Assembly (NCBI GenBank): GCA_009602735.1
Contig: WELA01000805.1
Location: 640,387-678,165 of the forward strand
Reading direction: 5' to 3'
DNA: 37,779 bases
Source of the DNA: Mesotaenium endlicherianum
Taxonomy: Eukaryota
The notes under the pieces were generated by a model. It saw only the letters and a list, made by a program, of their open reading frames with translations, was not told where the DNA came from and did not search any database. Numbering within the stretch: the first letter of the stretch is position 1; each line of letters begins with the position of its first letter. Made by a program: the position numbers and the translations under genes. Of the stretch, positions 34,281 to 37,779 are shown one piece after another.

Positions 34281-36167
34281 GGCGCAGGCGCCCTGATCCT
34301 TGCTGGCTCTGGCCTTAGCTCTGGGACTACCGACGTGGTGCGGGACATGGCTTGACTGGCGGGGCCTTCAACCCAGTGGAGTTTTTACCTCGGGGCTGTC
34401 AGCGTGCAGATATATCGGTCAAGCACGGAGGTTGGAAGCAGGAGAGAGGAGCTGGACCGCGGGTGTGCCTCCAGGTGAGAGCCAAGAGCTCCGTCCCTGC
34501 GCATGCCCCCCTCCCCCCCCCCCCGGCCCCCCCTTCCCCTGGCTGATCCACCCTACGGCTGGCTGTACCTGCCACGAGTGATAACCTCCTTGAATGTTGG
34601 CAGCCTGTGTGATACTTTATTGTCCGTTGTGGGGATTTTTGCGCTGGTCCCGGTGGACCTCGTCTGTCACCTCTGCAGGCCCGCTGCTGACTTCTTGTCC
34701 TTTTGGACGAGGCGTTTTTTGGGAAGGGCTCATAGCAGTGACATGCGACTGCCGCCAAATGGAACGCGTTTTGGTGGCTCCTGGTCGGGCAAAGAGTAGG
34801 GTTTGCTGTCAAGGTCTTGAAGCAGCGACAGTCGCGGAAGTCACGACCCACGGGATTCACTGCTGCTGGATCCTTTGTCTTATAGGTGCTTGGAATGAGT
34901 GTTGGACAAATTGGAAGGAGTGAGAAGCTGAAGTGCTTGGACAAAGGCAGTCTGCCACTTCTGTTTTCAGAGTGGCAAGGGCTGCTGTGATCTGGTTTTG
35001 GACTCTCTATGCACTGCTATCGTGTGACTCTCGGATGATTTTTGCCACCTAAGGAGCGGCAGTCTTTGCTGATGGGTCTCATAAACGTCTCCCCCGTGGA
35101 GCAAGAAGCTGCCCAAATATCTCTTTGTGACACGACGTCGGGGTCCAAGGCTGGGCTCAGTAATCGTAAATGCGAGACATTGCCTCTCGGAGCCATGTGG
35201 CACGTACAAGTGGCGCGTCCTGACGGGCTGGTACGGATAACGTGCAGCAGGGGCATTTCCATGAGGGCTACCTTGACCACTGGTGGCGCTAACAAGGGGA
35301 TCAAGTCTGCTGCAGCCAAACCCTCTCCCCACCCTGTATAGCTTGTCCCAACAGGAGTAGCTCTAGACGTTTCACCAGTTGCTTGCTTGATGGGTAGGCC
35401 TAGGCACGGAAAAGAGAGGATGACTCCACTTTGTCCGGGTTGCAACACCATCCCTTGGGCATTTGCGTTGACAACAATAATCCGGGACTTACATGCAGCT
35501 CGTTTATTACCCATCTAGCTGTCTAATTTGTAGGGTGTGCTAAGCCATGCAACGAGAGGCCGAAACTGATGTGGACCACTTGCAGAAGGTTTTTTCATTT
35601 TTTCTCATTGATTGAGACTTGGACATGAAAGAGACAGTATGATGTTGTTGCCGAAGTACTGCCTCTGACTCTATGTCGTGAAAGAACAACCAATCCTTGA
35701 ATTGGTTGAACCAGCACAGGGAAATAATCTTTCACGAGGCAAACAAGAGTAAGCCACAACCTGATAAGAGTGCCGCAGGCCTTTGAAAATAAGCTCTACC
35801 TTGTGATCAGGACCAAAGTTCTAACTGTAAAAATTCTGTATTCTTGCATACAATATTTTATTACCATCCAGGCAGCACCAGGTAACGACCTGGCAGTAAC
35901 CAAAAAGTCATCACCAGGAGCAGAACTTGATAATCAGGACCACATGGCACTCGGGACCGGCCACAATGCTTACTCTGCACGCAACCTCAGGGAAGTAGCT
36001 CCTCATAGGCGACTATGACCCTCAATCAATCACTATTACACACATACGTTCCCATAATGCAGTTAGCACAAAGACATGCACTCTAAAGTGCCCCCTTTTA
36101 AACACTTTCAACCACTGCAGATGGATGCATGCACCATCAAACTTTAATCATTAATCTCCCCTGCCGC

Positions 36168-36794
36168 CTAGATGTCCAAGTAGAGTCGCACAAGCTTGAG
36201 CAACGAGAAGGGGAGCTCGATCTTCCGCTTCTTCTGCCTGCTCGTCAGCGCTCCCCTCCCCTTGCCCGCCTCTTCCCTATTCAGCCTCACGTTGGCCACC
36301 CTCCAGGTGGCAATCTGCAGCTCGCTGTCCACGCTGACGAGCTCAAGTACTTCGTCCCTTTCCGTCTCGCCACCATTTGGCTTCTCTGAACTACTGCCAG
36401 ATGGCGCCGCGGCCTCTGTGTAGCGGACGTACATGGGCAGAGCTTGGAATCGCTCAAGCTCATCCGGGATGCGAAGAACTCTCTCGGCACCAGGGCTTGA
36501 CACCTGGCAAAGAGAAGCGCGTCAGTCAGCTGCCGTGCTCAAGAAGCCCCATCATGACAAGATGGTAGAGCCATTACTACTATGACTAATCAAATGTGAA
36601 CATAAAAGTACAATGCACAGGCACAGGCACAGGCACACATCAGTAAGAGATCACTAATGAGCATGGAAAGGACAGGCCGCACCTCCAGAGACACGTCAGC
36701 GGGCACGCCCTTGCTGGCGGGGCCGCCCTGCTCCAGCAGTGCATCAAACTCGCGCGCAAAGTCCTCTATCTCGTCCAGCATCGGGGACCCGTAT
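36168..36794 (-). CDS. RimP/DUF150-like ribosome maturation factor (plant organellar type), last two exons; 5' exons in the gap or beyond the window
   Basis: Exons 36683-36794 (YGSPMLDEIEDFAREF...VPADVSLE) and 36168-36503 (VSSPGAERVLRIPDELERFQALPMYVRY...WRVANVRLNR...GKGR..L...QK...LVRLYLDI*). The RimP signature LEVSSPGAER spans the splice junction. Confidence 0.88.
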
Positions 36795-37779
36795 CTGCCC
36801 GCATTCAAACATCCCCCCCCNNNNNNNNNNNNNNNNNNNNNNNNNNNNNNNNNNNNNNNNNNNNNNNNNNNNNNNNNNNNNNNNNNNNNNNNNNNNNNNN
36901 NNNNNNNNNNNNNNNNNNNNNNNNNNNNNNNNNNNNNNNNNNNNNNNNNNNNNNNNNNNNNNNNNNNNNNNNNNNNNNNNNNNNNNNNNNNNNNNNNNNN
37001 NNNNNNNNNNNNNNNNNNNNNNNNNNNNNNNNNNNNNNNNNNNNNGGGGGGGGGGTCAAAGGCAAGGGGCGAGGGCGAGCAGGGAGGGAGCAAGGAGGGA
37101 ACAAGAGGAAGCGCATGAAGCAGGCATGTCATGGCACATGTACAGGTCAATTGGTTCTGCCATCCTGACTTGGACTGTGTCCCGCGTGCAGGCGCGCGTG
37201 TCACTGCGGGCTCGGGCGGGAGAGCAGGACTAGCACTGACGTGGCGAGGGGAATGCCCACGAGAGACAGATGGGATCAGCTTTGGGAGGTTCGCTGCACC
37301 TGCTCCTCTTTCTGCGGCATTGCAGCAAGCGTTAAAGTGACGATGCGGCATATCTTTGAAGCTCAGATGACCCGCAATGCTTTCCCCGTCCCGCAATGGT
37401 TCCAAAAGCTCCTGAACCTGAGAGCTCAGGCTGTAGCGTTCACAATAGAGGCACGGCACTTCAACCCCCACCGCCCACCTTTCTTCTTCCACTTCCCCGT
37501 CCAATCCCCAAGCTCCCCTGGTGCACCAGTGGGCTATGAAGAGCAGTAGGAAGCAAACAAAAAAGGAGAGAATACGTGTGGTTGTGATATGATAGCGCAG
37601 GTGGGAGGGAAGCCACACCTTCCGGATATATTCTTCTCCCAAGCTGCTCACACAGCAACGCCACCACCAGCAGCAGGCCAGGACAAGGAAGGGGAGGAGG
37701 GGGAGGAGGGGGTGGAGCAGGAGCAAGAGCAGGAGAAGGGAGACAAGGGGAGGAAGGGGCAGGCTGGGAGGGGGGGGCG

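Noticed and set aside
34300..35514. Several 90-180 aa ORFs between RabGGT alpha and the RimP-like gene
   Set aside because: No motifs, no consistent strand or codon bias; likely 3' UTR/intergenic.

Overview
Eukaryotic, intron-rich, GC-rich genomic DNA from a draft assembly. It has N gaps at 3309-3608, 6114-6331, 8136-8774, 29835-29855, 33160, 34091 and 36821-37045, and many (CA)n/(GA)n microsatellites. The gene content (CBP60, plant-type RimP/DUF150) points to a streptophyte, probably an alga (inference). Splicing by eye gives five genes: (1) eIF2B epsilon, minus strand, ATG at 10287, running off the left end; (2) proteasome assembly chaperone 4 (PAC4/PSMG4), plus strand, 11734-15345; (3) a very long (~1259 aa) CBP60 calmodulin-binding transcription factor, plus strand, ~16786-26610; (4) Rab geranylgeranyltransferase alpha subunit, plus strand, 27820-34280, apparently without Ig/LRR modules and containing a 930-bp duplication that is probably an assembly artefact; (5) the 3' exons of a RimP/DUF150-like gene, minus strand. 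The most unusual feature is a set of coding-like, non-eIF2B exons (5281-5396, 4536-4840, 3620-3986) on the same strand, interleaved with the eIF2B-epsilon exons. Their splice phases allow either a 224-aa in-frame insertion into eIF2B-epsilon or a separate F-box-like gene. Gene identities rest on recalled family motifs; no database search was run.
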